64,000 nucleotides of DNA from positions 27,590,001 through 27,654,000 of the forward strand of contig NC_092353.1 of assembly GCF_963676685.1 (NCBI RefSeq), written 5' to 3'. Below are positions 1 to 13,489 of this stretch, piece by piece. The notes beneath the pieces are model-generated. The model had not been told where the DNA came from. It saw nothing but the letters and a program-made list of their open reading frames with translations, and searched no databases. How positions within the stretch are numbered: position 1 is the stretch's first letter; each line of letters begins with the position of its first letter. Origin of the DNA: Mytilus edulis. Lineage: Eukaryota. The position numbers were made by a program, and so were the translations under genes.

Positions 1-445
1 TGAAAACTGAGCTGTAAGACAGAAAGAGCAAACTTCAGCTGCTCAATTATTTCTATTTCTATGTAGTAACAATCTAGCGGCGCCTGATTAAGAAGTATAT
101 ATCTTCAAGTTGTAACGATATCCCAGGGCTTATATTTACTATTAAGATTTCCTAATAGAGGGTTGGTGCTCAACAAGAAGCTCTTAAACAAAAGTTCAAT
201 TTGGTGAAGTTTAAATCGACCCTCCATTTATCTTAATGGCGCAATCACGAATTGGTCGACCATTATGGAATATCCGTATCGATGATGACAACGGTTATGC
301 TCCAATAGTCGTAATTATAATCTACTCCCCTTTTCTCGGTAGATGACCTACCGAATACGATTTTTCAACGAGTGTGTACTAACATGAACAACAGGACAAG
401 TGTCACATGTAAAACAAGATCTGCCTACCCTTCCGAGGCACTTGA
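1..445 (+). mobile_element. Degenerate 3' fragment of a Penelope-like RT element (thumb region and 3' UTR)
   Basis: Decayed match to the KIYDK-DDFNFPIVNFPFLCSNIPAAPAYGVYISQLIRYSRA segment that is better preserved at 53209-53532 (-). Many stops and frameshifts. Confidence 0.6.
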
Positions 446-1230
446 ATGTTCCTTTTGTTATCACCCCCCTCTCTTCAACACATGACCGCGCACATTTTGG
501 TGTTCATGCCATCACGTCAGGTTTGGTTTAGCTTAGTTGTGTCTCATCGCAATGAATTTGAACACTTAACAATTCAAATAAATAAAATTCTTTCTTTTGA
601 ACGTAAAACCTCATACGAATGCTTATTGTTTTTATTCGAAAGAGTTTGATAATATATGTCAATATATGCTGTGTATCTAAAATATAAATTTAAGACATTT
701 CAAATGTTAGTCACTTGAAAAGGACGATTTTATGATATGAACCTAATGATAAACAAATTAAAGGTTGCATTATAATACAACGATATATACATTTGACACT
801 CAAATGTGACGAAAATATTCACACGTTTCGGACTGTCATTCAGCTCCGCAAGAAATCATATTAAGTATACATGTATTTATTTTTCTTTTATTATAAAATC
901 GGGTTATTTAAAAAAAACCTAGATCCTATTAAAATTAAAATTATTTATTTGCATCTTTATACTTTATAAATTACACGTTCAGATATCCGTAAACTTTAAT
1001 TTTCATTAATAATTAATTAGTAACTTACAGGTGTTCGGTTTAATACATTGTTTGCAGGTTGTGATCCGATGTGGACATACATTTACTAGTATTATATAGC
1101 CATCAGGTAAGTGATGACACTTTAACGTTTACATTTTTATTGTCGACCTTACCACCAATTAAAGCGTTATCACATCTTTTTATTATTATTATTAAATTAT
1201 GCGGGGATTTAGGAAATTTTTGTCTAATAT

Positions 1231-1295
1231 AATAAAATTGAGAAAGGAAATGGGGAATATGTCAAAGCGACAACAACCCGACCATAGAGCAGACA
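1231..1295 (-). mobile_element. Extreme 3' end of a Penelope-like element UTR, cut by the duplication breakpoint
   Basis: aaaattgagaaaggaaatggggaatatgtcaaagcgacaacaacccgaccatagagcagacaa matches 4490-4555 and the reverse complement of 37250-37305. Confidence 0.7.
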
Positions 1296-1493
1296 ATATC
1301 CAAAGGAACTGAACGAGTTATATGACAAATAGAGATCTGCTAATGAAAATTAAAAAAAACCCATAAAACTACTCATGAATTTGTTAATGCACATTATGTA
1401 CAACTCTAAAAAAAAAAATACTCTCAAAGAAGTTGTAAATTGAATGCTCTTCAACTTCGTATTTTATATGGCCTTTTTAACTTTTTTGGATTC

Positions 1494-1522
1494 GAGCGTC
1501 ACTGATGTGTCTTTTGTAGACT
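1494..1522 (+). ncRNA. Truncated, mutated hammerhead remnant (retrozyme family 2 fragment); partner at ~58615-58645 (-)
   Basis: gagcgtcaCTGATGTgtcttttgtagac ends before GAAA. The flanking sequence matches 9160-9230. Confidence 0.6.
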
Positions 1523-2529
1523 CTATTAGATCTACTAAACAACAACCTTTGTAAGTCATAAGTCTGTCGGAGATCAGTCTCAAAATTTCGTCTTACATCA
1601 TTCATGTAGCAATATGGCTTCAAACTTCTTACCTCAAGTTCAAAATACAAAAAACTGCCAAAATAAGTACATGTGGAACAGAATCTGATTTCCCTTCCGG
1701 AGCGCATGAGAACCTTCCTCGCATTTTCAACGGGTTAATGTTTGTTAATATTTGGTTTTCTGTGATTTTTTTTTGTCAACTCTTGTTTGTTTGTTTTTTT
1801 GTCATGGCGTTGTTAGGAAGAAAAAATTTAATTACGAGGAGGTAATTTTTTTTTAGGACAAATGATCCTCTGGTATCTTTCACCTATCTATGATATCTTG
1901 TTATCAATATGTAATCATTTAATTATATATGAGATTATTACATATTGAGTTTTTGCTACAAATTATATTTTACAAAGTAATTTAAAAAGTGTGAAATTAT
2001 CTCTTCCTGTAAAGCTGTTGTTTATATATATTTTTCTTATCAAGAGCGATGTTAAAATGGTCATTTTATGTCGAATAGATTTTCTTTGATTGACATGAAA
2101 AACTTCAAGTTCTATGAGATGAAGTTTTCGCTCATTATTGAAGGCCGTGCGATTACTGATACACTGTAGCTACTCACATACACGTCATTTGAACTCCGTG
2201 TCATTAGCACTTTATTATTTTTATCTATTGATATTAAATAACATATACTGATTATCATGAACTCCAGCCAAGCTATTTTCTACGTGCTCATTTGACGTCT
2301 CGGACGTGTACAATGTATTGCTCCTGTGGGATTAACTATACTTACACATTTTATTATATTTCAATATGTAAATCAGTAGCTTGTAATTATAATTGTTCAG
2401 ATTAATTAATGGTGAATTTATCTCATCAGGTATTTTTATGAGAAATAAAGTATTCGTTATTCGATAAAATTAGAGAGAGTAGAAGCCGTAAGGGGACACA
2501 CAAAACATTAGAAAATATTTTTTTTAATT

Positions 2530-3190
2530 CGAGATCACGATAAAACATAACCGTTTTACCGAGATCTCGATAAAAAATATCTCGTTATCTCGAGAAAACG
2601 AAACTGTTATATCGAGATCTCGTATTATTAAATCGTTATCTCGGTTTAATATATCGAGATCTCGATATAAAATATATCGTTATCTCGAGAAAACGATACT
2701 GTTATATCGAGATCTCGGATTATTATATCGTTATCTCGAGAAAACGAAACTGTTATATCGAGATCTCGTATTATTAAATCGTTATCTCGATTTAATGTAT
2801 CGAGATCTCGATATAAAATATATCGTTATCTCGATAAAACGAAACTGTTATATCGAGATCTCGGATTATTATATCGTTATCTCGAGAAAACGAAACTGTT
2901 ATATCGAGATCTCGTATTATTAAATCGTTATCTCGGTTTAATATATCGAGATCTCGATATAAAATATATCGTTATCTCGAGAAAACGAAACTGTAATATC
3001 GAGATCTCGGATTATTATATCGTTATCTCGAGAAAACGAAACTGTTATATCGAGATCTCGGATTATTATATCGTTATCTCGATTTATGAAAACGAGACTT
3101 CGGATTATTAAATCGTTATCTCGGTTAAATATAACGAGATCTCGATTAAAATATATCGTTATCTCGATAAAACGAATCTGTATTTCTGAA
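2530..3190. repeat. Subterminal minisatellite of palindromic CGAGATCTCG / TCTCGAGA modules (left arm)
   Basis: Repeated modules tcgagatctcg(g/t)attatta(t/a)atcgttatctcgagaaaacgaaactgttata. They produce the low-complexity RDNDIIIRDLD ORFs. Confidence 0.92.
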
Positions 3191-4489
3191 TTCGTCATTC
3201 TGATGTTATCTTACAAATATTCAAAGTAATATCAGAAACAAAAATTCAAAGCACTCTTTAAAATTTTTAACTTAATTCATTCATTTATTTAGTTTCGGAG
3301 AATAAACTAGTGGATTTCCCTAGCTATTATTAACCGAAATTCCTTGGTTCAATGTATGGAAAACCTGACTACCAAAACATATAAATATATTAAAATACTC
3401 AACGTTACCATTTTTTATTTTCAAAGTACCTTTGATGTTCTTCATGCTATATTTAAGAAATAATTCATGGGGGCTTGAATATATCGTGATTTTACCACGG
3501 GTTGGCCCTTTATGACAAATATTTTACCCCTGTCACATTTTAGCATCATTTGTGTATGTTTCCTTGTGATGATTTTCGGATTCACAAGCGTGTATTTTCC
3601 CGTAAAATGCTTACATTCTAACGTCATTGTTCTATGACGTCGGGTATCTCATTCATAAAAAAGCATATGACGTGGGAGTACAATCGGAACAGCACTGGCA
3701 ATATATTCATATTTTACCACGGGTGTGTACTCAAAGCGTTTGAAGGACGTCATGTTAGAATTATAGATATAACATGTCCATTTTGCCGCAATGACCATTA
3801 GAGGGGTTACAGAAGACCTACATGCCAAAATAAGCGTGAAAATTATGAAAATGTCCAATTTTGAATAATGAATGGGATATTTTGAATAATGAAATGGACT
3901 GTTGCGACCCTTCTGACCCTATACATATATACATTAGACCTTATTCGAAAGCTTATTAATAGAGAAACAAAAGGAATATAGTCAATATGTCCTGCAACGC
4001 ATATTAGAGGAGTAACCAAGGACCTAAAAATAGAAATACGGGTGAACATCATAAAATAGCTTATTTTGAATAATGGAGTGAACTTCTGCGACCCGTCAGC
4101 CCATAATTAAGGAAAAATTTATAGACCATTTGAAAGCTTATTAATAGAGAAACAAAATGGTTATAAATAATATGTGCCGCAATGACCATTAGAGTGGGTT
4201 ACGGAGGACCCAAATGCCTAAATACGCGTGAACGTTAAGAAATATGTAGCCAATTTTGAATAATGGAAGGGATATTTTGAATAATAGAATGGACTGCTGC
4301 GATCCTTTAGCCCCTAATTACATACAAACCTTATACCTCATTCAAAATCTTATTTATAGAGAACAAAAGACATATAGTCAATCTGTTCCGCAACGCATGT
4401 TAGAGGATTGACATAGAACCTACATGTCGAAATACGCGTGAACATTAAGAAATAGCTTATTTTGAATAATGGAATCGATATTTTGAAAA

Positions 4490-5175
4490 ATGAAATTGAG
4501 AAAGGAAATGGTGAATATGTCAAAGCGACAACCACCCGACCATAGAGCAAACAACAGCCGAAGGCAACCAATGGGTCTTCAATGCAGCGAGAATTCCCGC
4601 ACCCGTAGGTGTCCCTCAGCCGGCCCCTAAAATATGCATAATAGTACAGTGACAATGGACGCCATACTAAACTTCGAATTATACACAAGAAACCAAAATT
4701 TAAAATCATACAAGACTAACAAAGGCCAGAGGCTCCTGACTTGGGACAGGCGCAAAATTGCGGCGGGGTTAAACATGTTTATGAGATCTCAACCCTCCCC
4801 CTATACCTCTAGCCAATGTAGAAAAGTAAAAGAATAACAATACGCACATTAAAATTCAGTTCAAGAGAAGTCCGAGTCTGATGTCAAAAGATGTAACAAA
4901 AGAAAATAAATAAAATGACAATAATACATAAATAACAACAGACTACTAGCAGTTAACTGACATGCCAGCTCCAGACCTCAATTAAACTGATTGAAAGATT
5001 ATGTCTTCATCATATGAATATCAGGTACAATCCCTCCCGTTAGGGGTTTAGTATCATACTATCATAAAATATATGAGAAGAACATAACCCGTGTCATGCC
5101 AACAACTGTTTTTTTTAGAAATAAATGTGTTTAGTTCCGATGCAAAGACCCTATCAGTGAATCAATGTTAAAGCC
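4490..5175 (-). mobile_element. 5'-truncated Penelope-like element 3' UTR inserted in the foldback element
   Basis: Reverse complement of 36655-37305, the region that follows the RT-thumb ORF at 36159-36695. Confidence 0.8.
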
Positions 5176-6029
5176 GCTGCAATCCTTCAGCCCCTAACTA
5201 CATACATACCTTATACCTTATATAGCTTATTTATAGAAAACAAATGACATATAGTCAATATGTTCCGCAACGCTTATTAGAGGAGTAACACAGACCCTTC
5301 GACCCCTTTATACACTACTTGAAAGCTTATAGAAAGAGGGATACAATGGTATATTAATAAGCTTTCGAATTATGTATACTGTATATTTGGAATTAGGGTT
5401 GAAGGGTCGCGACAGTCTATTCCAATATTCCAAACATCCATTCCATTATTCAAAATTGGTCATTTATTAATATTCACGTGTATTTTTGGCATTTAGGTCC
5501 TCAGTAACCTCTCTAACTGTCATTGCGGCACATACTATTTATATCATGTTGTTCCTCTTTTAATAAGCTTTCAAATGGTGTATAAAGTTTTCCTTAATTT
5601 GTGGCTGACGGGTCGCTGAAGTTCATTCCACTATTTATAATAAGCTTTTTCATAATGTTCAGCCGTATTTCTATTTTTAGGTCCTTCAATACTTCTCTAA
5701 TATGCGTTGCGGAACATATTGACTATATAACTTTTGTTCCTCTATTTATAGGCTTTCAAATGAGGTCTATTAACAGCAAAGGTAACGTGAAAATAAAAAT
5801 AAAGAATACGTTGAGTATTTTAATACTTATATATATATGTTTTGGTATTCAGGTCGTCCATACATTGTACAAAGGAATTTCGGTTAAAAATAGTAAGGGA
5901 AATCCACTAGTTTATTTTCTGAAACTAAATAAATGAATGAATTAAGTTAAAATTTTTAAAGAATGCTTTGCATTTTTTTTCTGATATTAATTTGAGTATT
6001 TGTTAGATAACAACAAAATGACGAATTCA

Positions 6030-6655
6030 GAAATACAGTTTCGTTTTATTGAGATAACGATATATTTTTATCGAGATCTCGATATATTTAACCGAGATAA
6101 CGATTTAATAATCCGAGATCTCGTTTTAATAAATCGAGATAACAATATAATAATCCGAGATCTCGATTTAATAAATCGAGATAACGATATAATAATCCGA
6201 GATCTCGATATAAGAGTTTCGTTTTCTCGAGATAACGATATAATAATCCGAGATCTCGATATAACAGTTTCGTTTTCTCGAGATAACGCAACTGTTATAT
6301 CGAGATCTCGGATTATTATATCGTTATCTCGAGAAAACGAAACTCTTATATCGAGATCTCGGATTATTATATCGGTATCTCGAGAAAACGAAACTATATA
6401 TTAAACCGAGATAACAATATAGAAATCCGAGATCTCGATATAAATATCCGAGATCTCGATATAATAAATCGAGATCTCGATATAATAAATCGAGATCTCG
6501 ATATAATAAATCGAGATAACGATTTAATAATCCGAGATAACGATTTAATAATCCGAGATCTCGATATAACAATTTCGATTTATCGAGATAACGATATATT
6601 TTTTATCGAGATCTCGGTAAAACGGTAATGTTTTATCGTGATCTCGAATTAAAAA
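6030..6655. repeat. Subterminal minisatellite of CGAGATCTCG modules (right arm), with an internal orientation switch near 6290
   Basis: Same modules as 2530-3190, mostly in inverted orientation. Confidence 0.92.
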
Positions 6656-8427
6656 AATTATTTTCTAATGTTTTGTGTGTCCCCTTCCGGCTTCCGTACT
6701 ACGAGAGAGAGTGTGTTCTGAAAAGATGTGCTAAATTAGTTTTACCGGCTTGATTTTAATATCAAATCACTAGTTTATAACCATTCATGATATCTGTGAA
6801 TACAAGTTTAGATATAGGCTCTAAATAGCAAATGAAGCAATTTATAAATAAAGTAAAAATTATTGTTGACACAATTTATAAATGAAGTGAAAATTATCGT
6901 TGACACAATTTTGTTCAAAGGATTCAATATTGTTTTTTTTTTGCTTTCATTTCAATTACATGTATCTTAGGAAAGATGATATATGGATGGTGTTTTACGC
7001 CTATTGGCAAAATTAAACGCATATCGGTAGCTTAATAATGTAATGTGAATATTATCCTGAATGTAATGTACCAGAACGTAAAACTTCACCGGATTTTTAA
7101 CGTGCTATTTAAAAATCCCACAGTACGTAAGAAAAATTCCAACAAGTTCCAACCTTGTACACGAGTCAAATTTAATTTTGTCTTACTCTGAAAGACAACA
7201 CTTAATAGATAAGCATTATTTACTAGTCACTGGTTTTACTGGTTCGGATGACTTGGTTGATTTGACCCTTGTTTCCCATGAAAAATATATATCTTCGGTG
7301 ACAAGACTTGTCCTGACGCCAATTATGAACAGGATATGTTGCTTGAGTACCACGGCCGACACTCGGCTAACCGAGATATTGGTCGGTTAATCTATATTGA
7401 GTATGCGGCATATGGGCGATTGGTCTGTTAATCGGGTTGGTTATACGTCTGTTAAGAGTAACACGATTAATTTAATGTTAAACTCTATTAAATATACAGA
7501 TTTTTGGCATGTTATCAGAACCAAATCAAAAAAAGAAAAGTGTCTGACAAAATGATATCTATCATAGAACATTTTGCACTTGTAAAAACATTTCTTAGTC
7601 TGCGCAGTTTTCAGTAAAACTAAAAGGCGTCGCGCAAGTATGTAGTATTTATGCTTATACACATAGCAATTTATTTTAATAAAAGGCGAAACAAACAAAT
7701 TTAGATATCATTTAAAGGGTAAAAAATAGTACTGTGGTTCTAAAAAATAAATTGACATTAGGAAGTATTTCATAATTGTAAAATAACGTGAATAATATCA
7801 CGTTTTAGTGAAAATATGGGAATAAAGTCTGTTAATGGGTTGGGCAATTGAAATTGTGTCAGTTAAGAGTTATTTAGCCACGACAATAATTTTGCTATCT
7901 TTATATTTTCCCCTTGAAAAATTTAAGAATGAGTTGTTCCTGAGTAAACTAAAATGACAATATGGTGCCACAGTATACTAAAAAGAGCATTTTTATTTTG
8001 ACTTTCTTTGCATTTTATTGAAGGGTGTGTCACTTTAATATAGTGTGATATGGATTGGCCTCTGGAATATGTATAAATGTTTTATTGACGTTTTCAATCA
8101 GCCTTAATTTTTGTGTCTGTTCGAAGTAGCACGTTCTCAATTCCGATTGAAAGTGTCTTTCTAATACAACACAGGGTACATATAACGTGTTCTCGTTCAC
8201 ATATGAACATGATATTTGTCACTGGACGTTAAATCCTAATTCGTCAGCATTATCCAATTGGTTCTTTTCTTCTATTATTTAATCATATGTTGTTTACAAA
8301 TCACTCTAAAGAAGTAAACGGAAAGGAGCTATTGCAGCTACATTTGGTTATTTTAAGTTTCAATTCATTTTATTCCGTTTAGTTCCTTTCTACAGAATTC
8401 GAAGTGCAGAGGAGAACTACAGTTGTC

Positions 8428-8629
8428 TATAGTGGCCGGTGAAGTCCATTTCGCGTTTTCACCTTTCATATTCTATAATGGAAATCTCGAAGTCGAAAAC
8501 GCGAAAACGCGAAGTCGAAAACGAGAAATCGGTTTCGCGTTTTCGCGTTTTCGCCATATACAATGTAGAATATATAAGGCGAAACCGCTAAGGCGCTAAA
8601 ACGCAAAATGGCATTAACCTGCCCCATAG
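8428..8629. mobile_element. MITE with imperfect TIRs and internal AAAACGCG inverted repeats
   Basis: tggccggtgaagtccatttcgcgttt ... aaacgcaaaatggcattaacctgcccca. Confidence 0.6.
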
Positions 8630-8969
8630 TTTTCCGCATGTAAACCTCTAGAATTTATCACCAATATAAGTACATCGCAATCCGTTACTGTTTCGACAGC
8701 CATCGGTGTTTCATGTGTGTATTCTTAAACAAGTATTATTTTTCTCTCGTTTTTAGCAATGTATCACTCTCTTCTGTCCTTATATATTATTCTATATTCT
8801 GCGTTTCCATCCAGATTCTCGTGTATACCATGAGGGTCCGGATTGGGGGTATTGTTTATTTCTGTATTCTTTATTGTTATGTCATTTTTTTCTACATTTT
8901 ATTTATCTTACTCATTATTCTTTCTTTATTTTTCATATTTTGTCATTCCAATATATTTTATTTATTTCT

Positions 8970-9293
8970 CCGAGCGTATCACAAGCCCAGTAGTCAGCAC
9001 TTTTTGTGCTGACATGAATTGTAATTGATATGGTTATATTTATAAATTTACTGTTTACAAAATATTGAATTTTTTGAAATACTAAGGCTTTTCTACCTCA
9101 GGCATAGATTACCTTAGCTGTATTTGGCAAACACTTTTAGGAATTTAGGTCCTCAATGCTCTTCAACGTCGTACTTTATTTGGCCTTTTAAACTTTGTTG
9201 GATTCGAGCGTCACTGATGAGTCTTTTGTAGAAGAAACGCGCGTCTGGCGTATATATTAAATTTAGTCCTGGTATCTATGATGAGTTTATTTA
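8970..9293 (+). mobile_element. Retrozyme family 2 monomer with a mutated type I hammerhead (9206-9251)
   Basis: gcgtca-CTGATGA-gtcttttgtagaa-GAAA-cgcgcg-TC-tggcgt, with the stem II closing C changed to A. The body is homologous to 51270-51601. Confidence 0.8.
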
Positions 9294-10249
9294 CTTACTG
9301 ATGTTTAGTTACATTATGACGTTTATCTCTGATTTATATACTGGTTACCAATGTAGAGGACACATTTCTGTCATTCATGACAACTAAACAGAATCAACAT
9401 GATATATGCGATCATTCTTGGATGAAATTAATATTACTTTAATGTTACACTTTTTGAAACCATTTTTATCAATTTTCAATTTCATGTGTTGTTTCCGTAT
9501 ATGTTATGTTTCATTGCTCATGTGTTGTTTTCGTATATTTAGCCGCTCGTCTTGAGCCTACTCATTTGATCCGATAACACCCGAAATAGCAATAAAATTA
9601 TACTTTTATTGCCATTCATAACTCTTAACAGACCAATTAACACACCGGGTTTTATACATCCGACCCATTAACAGACCAGGTTTTAAATAAAGTAAAATAA
9701 AATTAAATTCACCAAAATACAGATTTTCGTGTAGATTTTTCACACAATGATATCAAAATGGTAAACAAACATAATGCCTTTCTTTTTTCGATGTTCAAAA
9801 TATTGAATGCAAGTAAATTTAACCAATGTGTCATTTTGTGTACATTTTATGTGTGTAAAATGTGTATAAATTTATTGATGAGTAACCCGCCTTTTCATTT
9901 TATAGATCGTACATCGAAGCTAGAAAAATAATAATTATACCACTGAGTTCAGTACATTGAATTGTTTTGTTAGACATGAATACTTTTTATGATGAAAATA
10001 TATTTAGAAAGTTATACAATGAAACATGCTGAACTTTCAATGATTTTCTCGATAACACCTAATTAACAGACTTTAACCAACCCGATTAACAGACCAACCG
10101 CCGATATAGCCGCATACTCAATATAGCTTAACCGACCAATCTCTCGTTTGAGTCGTCAAGTCATATATCGTACTTTACAAACAGTCCATATCAAGCATGA
10201 TTCCAGTCTTGGTCTTGACCGTGTAAATTATGCAAGATATCGATTTCCT

Positions 10250-11200
10250 TCACAAACACCACCAACAGGTTGCAATGAAATTTGTAAATGGTAATTTTAA
10301 TTGTACGTAAGACCAGCAAGTTGATTACTTATATTACAATTGATAAGACACAAACACAGAATAATGAGTCGTGAACGGCGATATTGGTACCATACGTTTA
10401 ATCAAGATCCTTTCGAGACGATGGATGGTACTAGTAGCTGGAGCAGAAGTCAGTAGACTGGTAGATTAATTTGAAAGATTCAGTGGTTTCAGTCATTCTA
10501 CAACAAATGTACGACGACATGAAGACTCTACGAAAACACAAACGAATTTCTTCGAAAAACTTAAAAAGCTTTAAAAAGTTATTTTAACTCCATTTCTAGA
10601 AGAGTCGTCAGATTTGTTCAAAATGTACTCTTTTAAGGAAATTGTTGATTCAGAAGTAGGTAAGATATGTATATAAACTTCAAGATATTTGGTCTAAACA
10701 GTACGATCTTTTTAAGCAAATATAAAACGAAGAGAATCTGCTTTTTAACCAGATGAAAAAGAACGTTTCCATATAAAAGCCGTAAAATGAAACTTGAAAC
10801 TTTTTTGTAAAAAAACAAAGCTAGATAACCTGAACACTAATTTGGATCTCTTTTCTAGACTTTTCATTTCTTCTTTAGCCATGAAAACCAAACTTCGCCT
10901 CTGCTTTTGTGTCAGGATGAGGTATTCGATCGAAGCAAATGGGTATACTTGAAAAATTCTGCGATTTGCCGTCAACTGACTAACTTCTGACGCATTTATC
11001 GTTGGTGTGGCAGCAATGGTTAATTTATTGCCACCACCTGGGGCAAACATATTTGATGATTATGCAAATGATATCATACTGCCTTACATAAAATCTTCCT
11101 TCGATAAGGATCCAAGAGTAGACATAGATTTGATTTGGCTGATGAACAAACAGAACAGCACAAAAATCTACTGGAATAAAGAAGAGGAAAGCAGCTGAGG
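10250..11200 (+). pseudogene. Decayed large-transposase fragment, probably Academ-type (XPG/PIN-like region); second copy at 55190-56110 (-)
   Basis: Broken frames give LDLFSRLFIS, FFSHENQTSP and AAMVNLLPPPGANIFDDYANDIILPYIKSSFDKDPRVDI. The superfamily is assigned from remembered motifs only. Confidence 0.5.
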
Positions 11201-11349
11201 AAAATAAAATTAAACATCTGTCATATCTTTTAGTGGTTATCAAATGAATGTCATTTTTGCAGGACCAGTCAATTTTAAGTCGGACCAGTAGATTTTAAGT
11301 CCACTAGTCCGGCTGGCCAGTACATTAAAAAGCTTAAATTCGACTCCTG

Positions 11350-11755
11350 ATTGTAACAAATTTATTCTGTTACACGATGGGCAATTTCTGTAATAGGCTG
11401 ATGTGCATTTAGTTACTTTATTTACTTCTATAACTGCTAATCCACCAGACATATGGTTAGGTTTAAAAATAAATTTGTTTGGTACTTTATTTATTATATC
11501 TCGTGATATATCCTTTGAATTTGTGACAAAAGCATACTCGACAGCGGTTTTAAGATCTGACGTTATACTTTGTACATACAACCAGTGATTGTCAGCATAC
11601 TTAGTATATGTTGAATTACTTAATTGATGATCCGCACACCAGTCATGGACACAAAGAAAGAAAATATGTAGTATGCTTATGACTTAGCTTCACAGAACCG
11701 TAAATACGATGGACCATTGTATTGTTTTTGTAGTACATCTGCGTATAAACTGCAT
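11350..11755 (-). pseudogene. 5' half of TupA-like ATP-grasp gene, copy 1 (two stops in the signal anchor, truncated by a hAT-like fragment)
   Basis: ATG at 11755: MQFIRRCTTKTIQWSIVFTVL*S*VISILHIFFLCV...YADNHWLYVQ...VPNKFIFKPNHMSGG...NLLQ. Homologous to 59055-59470. Confidence 0.8.
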
Positions 11756-11914
11756 AATTAGCAATATTTCTGTGTCAAATCATCGGAATATAGTCCTCAC
11801 AGATTCAGTCCTTCCGAAGAGCTTCTTTTGATTCATCGTCATTGCAAAGCTCCAGCCTTTCAACTTGACAGCCATATATGTATATCTAAAGAAACTTATG
11901 AGCTGTAAGTTAAA

Positions 11915-12707
11915 TAAACAACCTACAAATGAAATTCACAAGAAACGATAAAACTACGCTTGAATATATTTTTGTACATCAAGATATACTATCAATGAAG
12001 TTGTAAATGGGAATCATAAAAGAAAAGTGACCATTTTCAGAGTGTACAATAGCATGTATGGCCTTAGCTTCACAAGAATCCTTATAAGGAAAGGTATATT
12101 GCAGGTATTTCCAAGTGTTCCACTGAATCCCTTTCTAAAGTTCTTACTTCCATACTCACTGCATTCAAAGAAGGACTTCAGAAACATTCCGAAATTGCAT
12201 ATTCAAGAAGAGGTGTTAATCAGATGTGGATACTGAAAAATTTGAAAGAGTTATTGGTGAATTTACAATCGCAATCATTTAAACATTGTACCAACATTAA
12301 AACCTTTGATATTTCAACCGTTTATATCACTATTCAACATACTACACTTACTAAACTTACAGCAAGACTGAAAGTACTCGTCAGCTTATGTTTCTTTAAC
12401 AAAAAGGGCACTAGACGTTTTAATATCTAGTTTTGGGCAGGAATTCAGCTTACTTTGTGAAAAAATCATACAGAGTCATGCAATAAATACACCGAAGAGG
12501 ATATCACTGCCATGCTGAACCTTTTAATTGATGACATATTTGTTGAATTTGGAGGTTTGGTCTTCCAACAGACTATTGAAATCCCAATGGATACCAATTG
12601 CGCTCCTCTACTGGTAGATTTGTTTTTGTATTCTTATGAAGCAGAATGTATCCAAGGGCTTGTTCAGATAGGAGAAAAGAAATTAGCCCAGTCTTTTAAT
12701 TTCACCT
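11915..12707 (+). mobile_element. Penelope-like RT fragment truncated at the duplication breakpoint
   Basis: IKTFDISTVYITI and FQQTIEIPMDTNCAPLLVDLFLYSYEAE motifs. The fragment stops at FNFT, just before the catalytic YxDD position. Confidence 0.85.
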
Positions 12708-13489
12708 CAAAGGCAATGTTTAACAGAAAAGCAGCATTGTCTAGTCCCTGGTTTTACTGGATTACAGACAACTTCCAAAACAATCCAAACAGATTGTACT
12801 TCAAATATGTTGAAATGATATTTTTTCTTGAATTAATTGAATGGAACTTAAAAAATATTTTAACTTTTTTAAGCTTGCTTACAATTGTCTGCTTTTACGT
12901 TAAAACAAATCGAACTTGAACAAAACAAAAGGGGGTTTAGAAAAATGTCCTGTCCCCAAGTACCTATGGTCAATACTTAGAATTACATGTGTGTGCTTGG
13001 ATCATGAAATCATGAAAATACGATTTCTAATATGTTTTTCTTTTATTTACTTGTGCACTATATTGTGGAAGCTCGTGACATTATGAATGTCTCATTTTAA
13101 ATTTTGAATGCATTTTGATATCAGTATGACTCGAGATGGTTGTTAACCAATCAAAATAAATTATTATTTCGTAATGTAATTGTTTAAAATTCTTAACTTA
13201 AAGGTGTTTATTTAAATTGATTGTCTCTAAACTTTTGTGGATTTTTATTTATATGTCCATAAGGTAAGTTTTTGTACATTGACTTTAATTTTTCAACATT
13301 ACCACCAACTGAAGCGAATTCACATCTTCCTATTTCTTATATTTAAAGTATAAAGTTAGACATTTTAAGTAAATGTTATGTCCTTTTTCACATGATTTCT
13401 ATGTTACTTTTCATTCTTTTTTTTTATTAACTATACATACTGTTTGATTACGTTTTGCCCGAACTTACGTTTTCGATCAACAAGTCCAT

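Larger units (their letters stand above)
2480..6698. mobile_element. Non-autonomous foldback-like DNA transposon with ~950-bp inverted arms and subterminal CGAGATCTCG arrays
   Basis: Termini gaagccgtaaggggacacacaaaacattagaaaa and ttttctaatgttttgtgtgtccccttccggcttccgta. 3180-3440 is the reverse complement of 5770-6040. The element is absent from the homologous site in the other duplication arm (57640-57675 reads straight through an AG tract). Confidence 0.88.
7350..10160. mobile_element. Non-autonomous DNA transposon with ~90-bp TIRs
   Basis: gagatattggtcggttaatctatattgagtatgcggc...ggtctgttaatcgggttgg (7373-7440) is inverted at 10077-10146. The element is absent from the right duplication arm. 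Confidence 0.8.
1295..12707 (+). repeat. Left arm of a large inverted segmental duplication (partner 53680-58830)
   Basis: 1295-2480 is the reverse complement of 57655-58830, 6965-7350 of 56650-57040, and 10160-12707 of 53680-56210. Near-identical ORFs occur on opposite strands (e.g. 7178+ vs 56624-, 12224+ vs 53955-, 11240- vs 54810+). Confidence 0.92.

Noticed and set aside
2938-6572. Repetitive ORFs (RDNDIIIRDLD / YRDLGLL)
   Set aside because: These are translations of the palindromic subterminal minisatellite.
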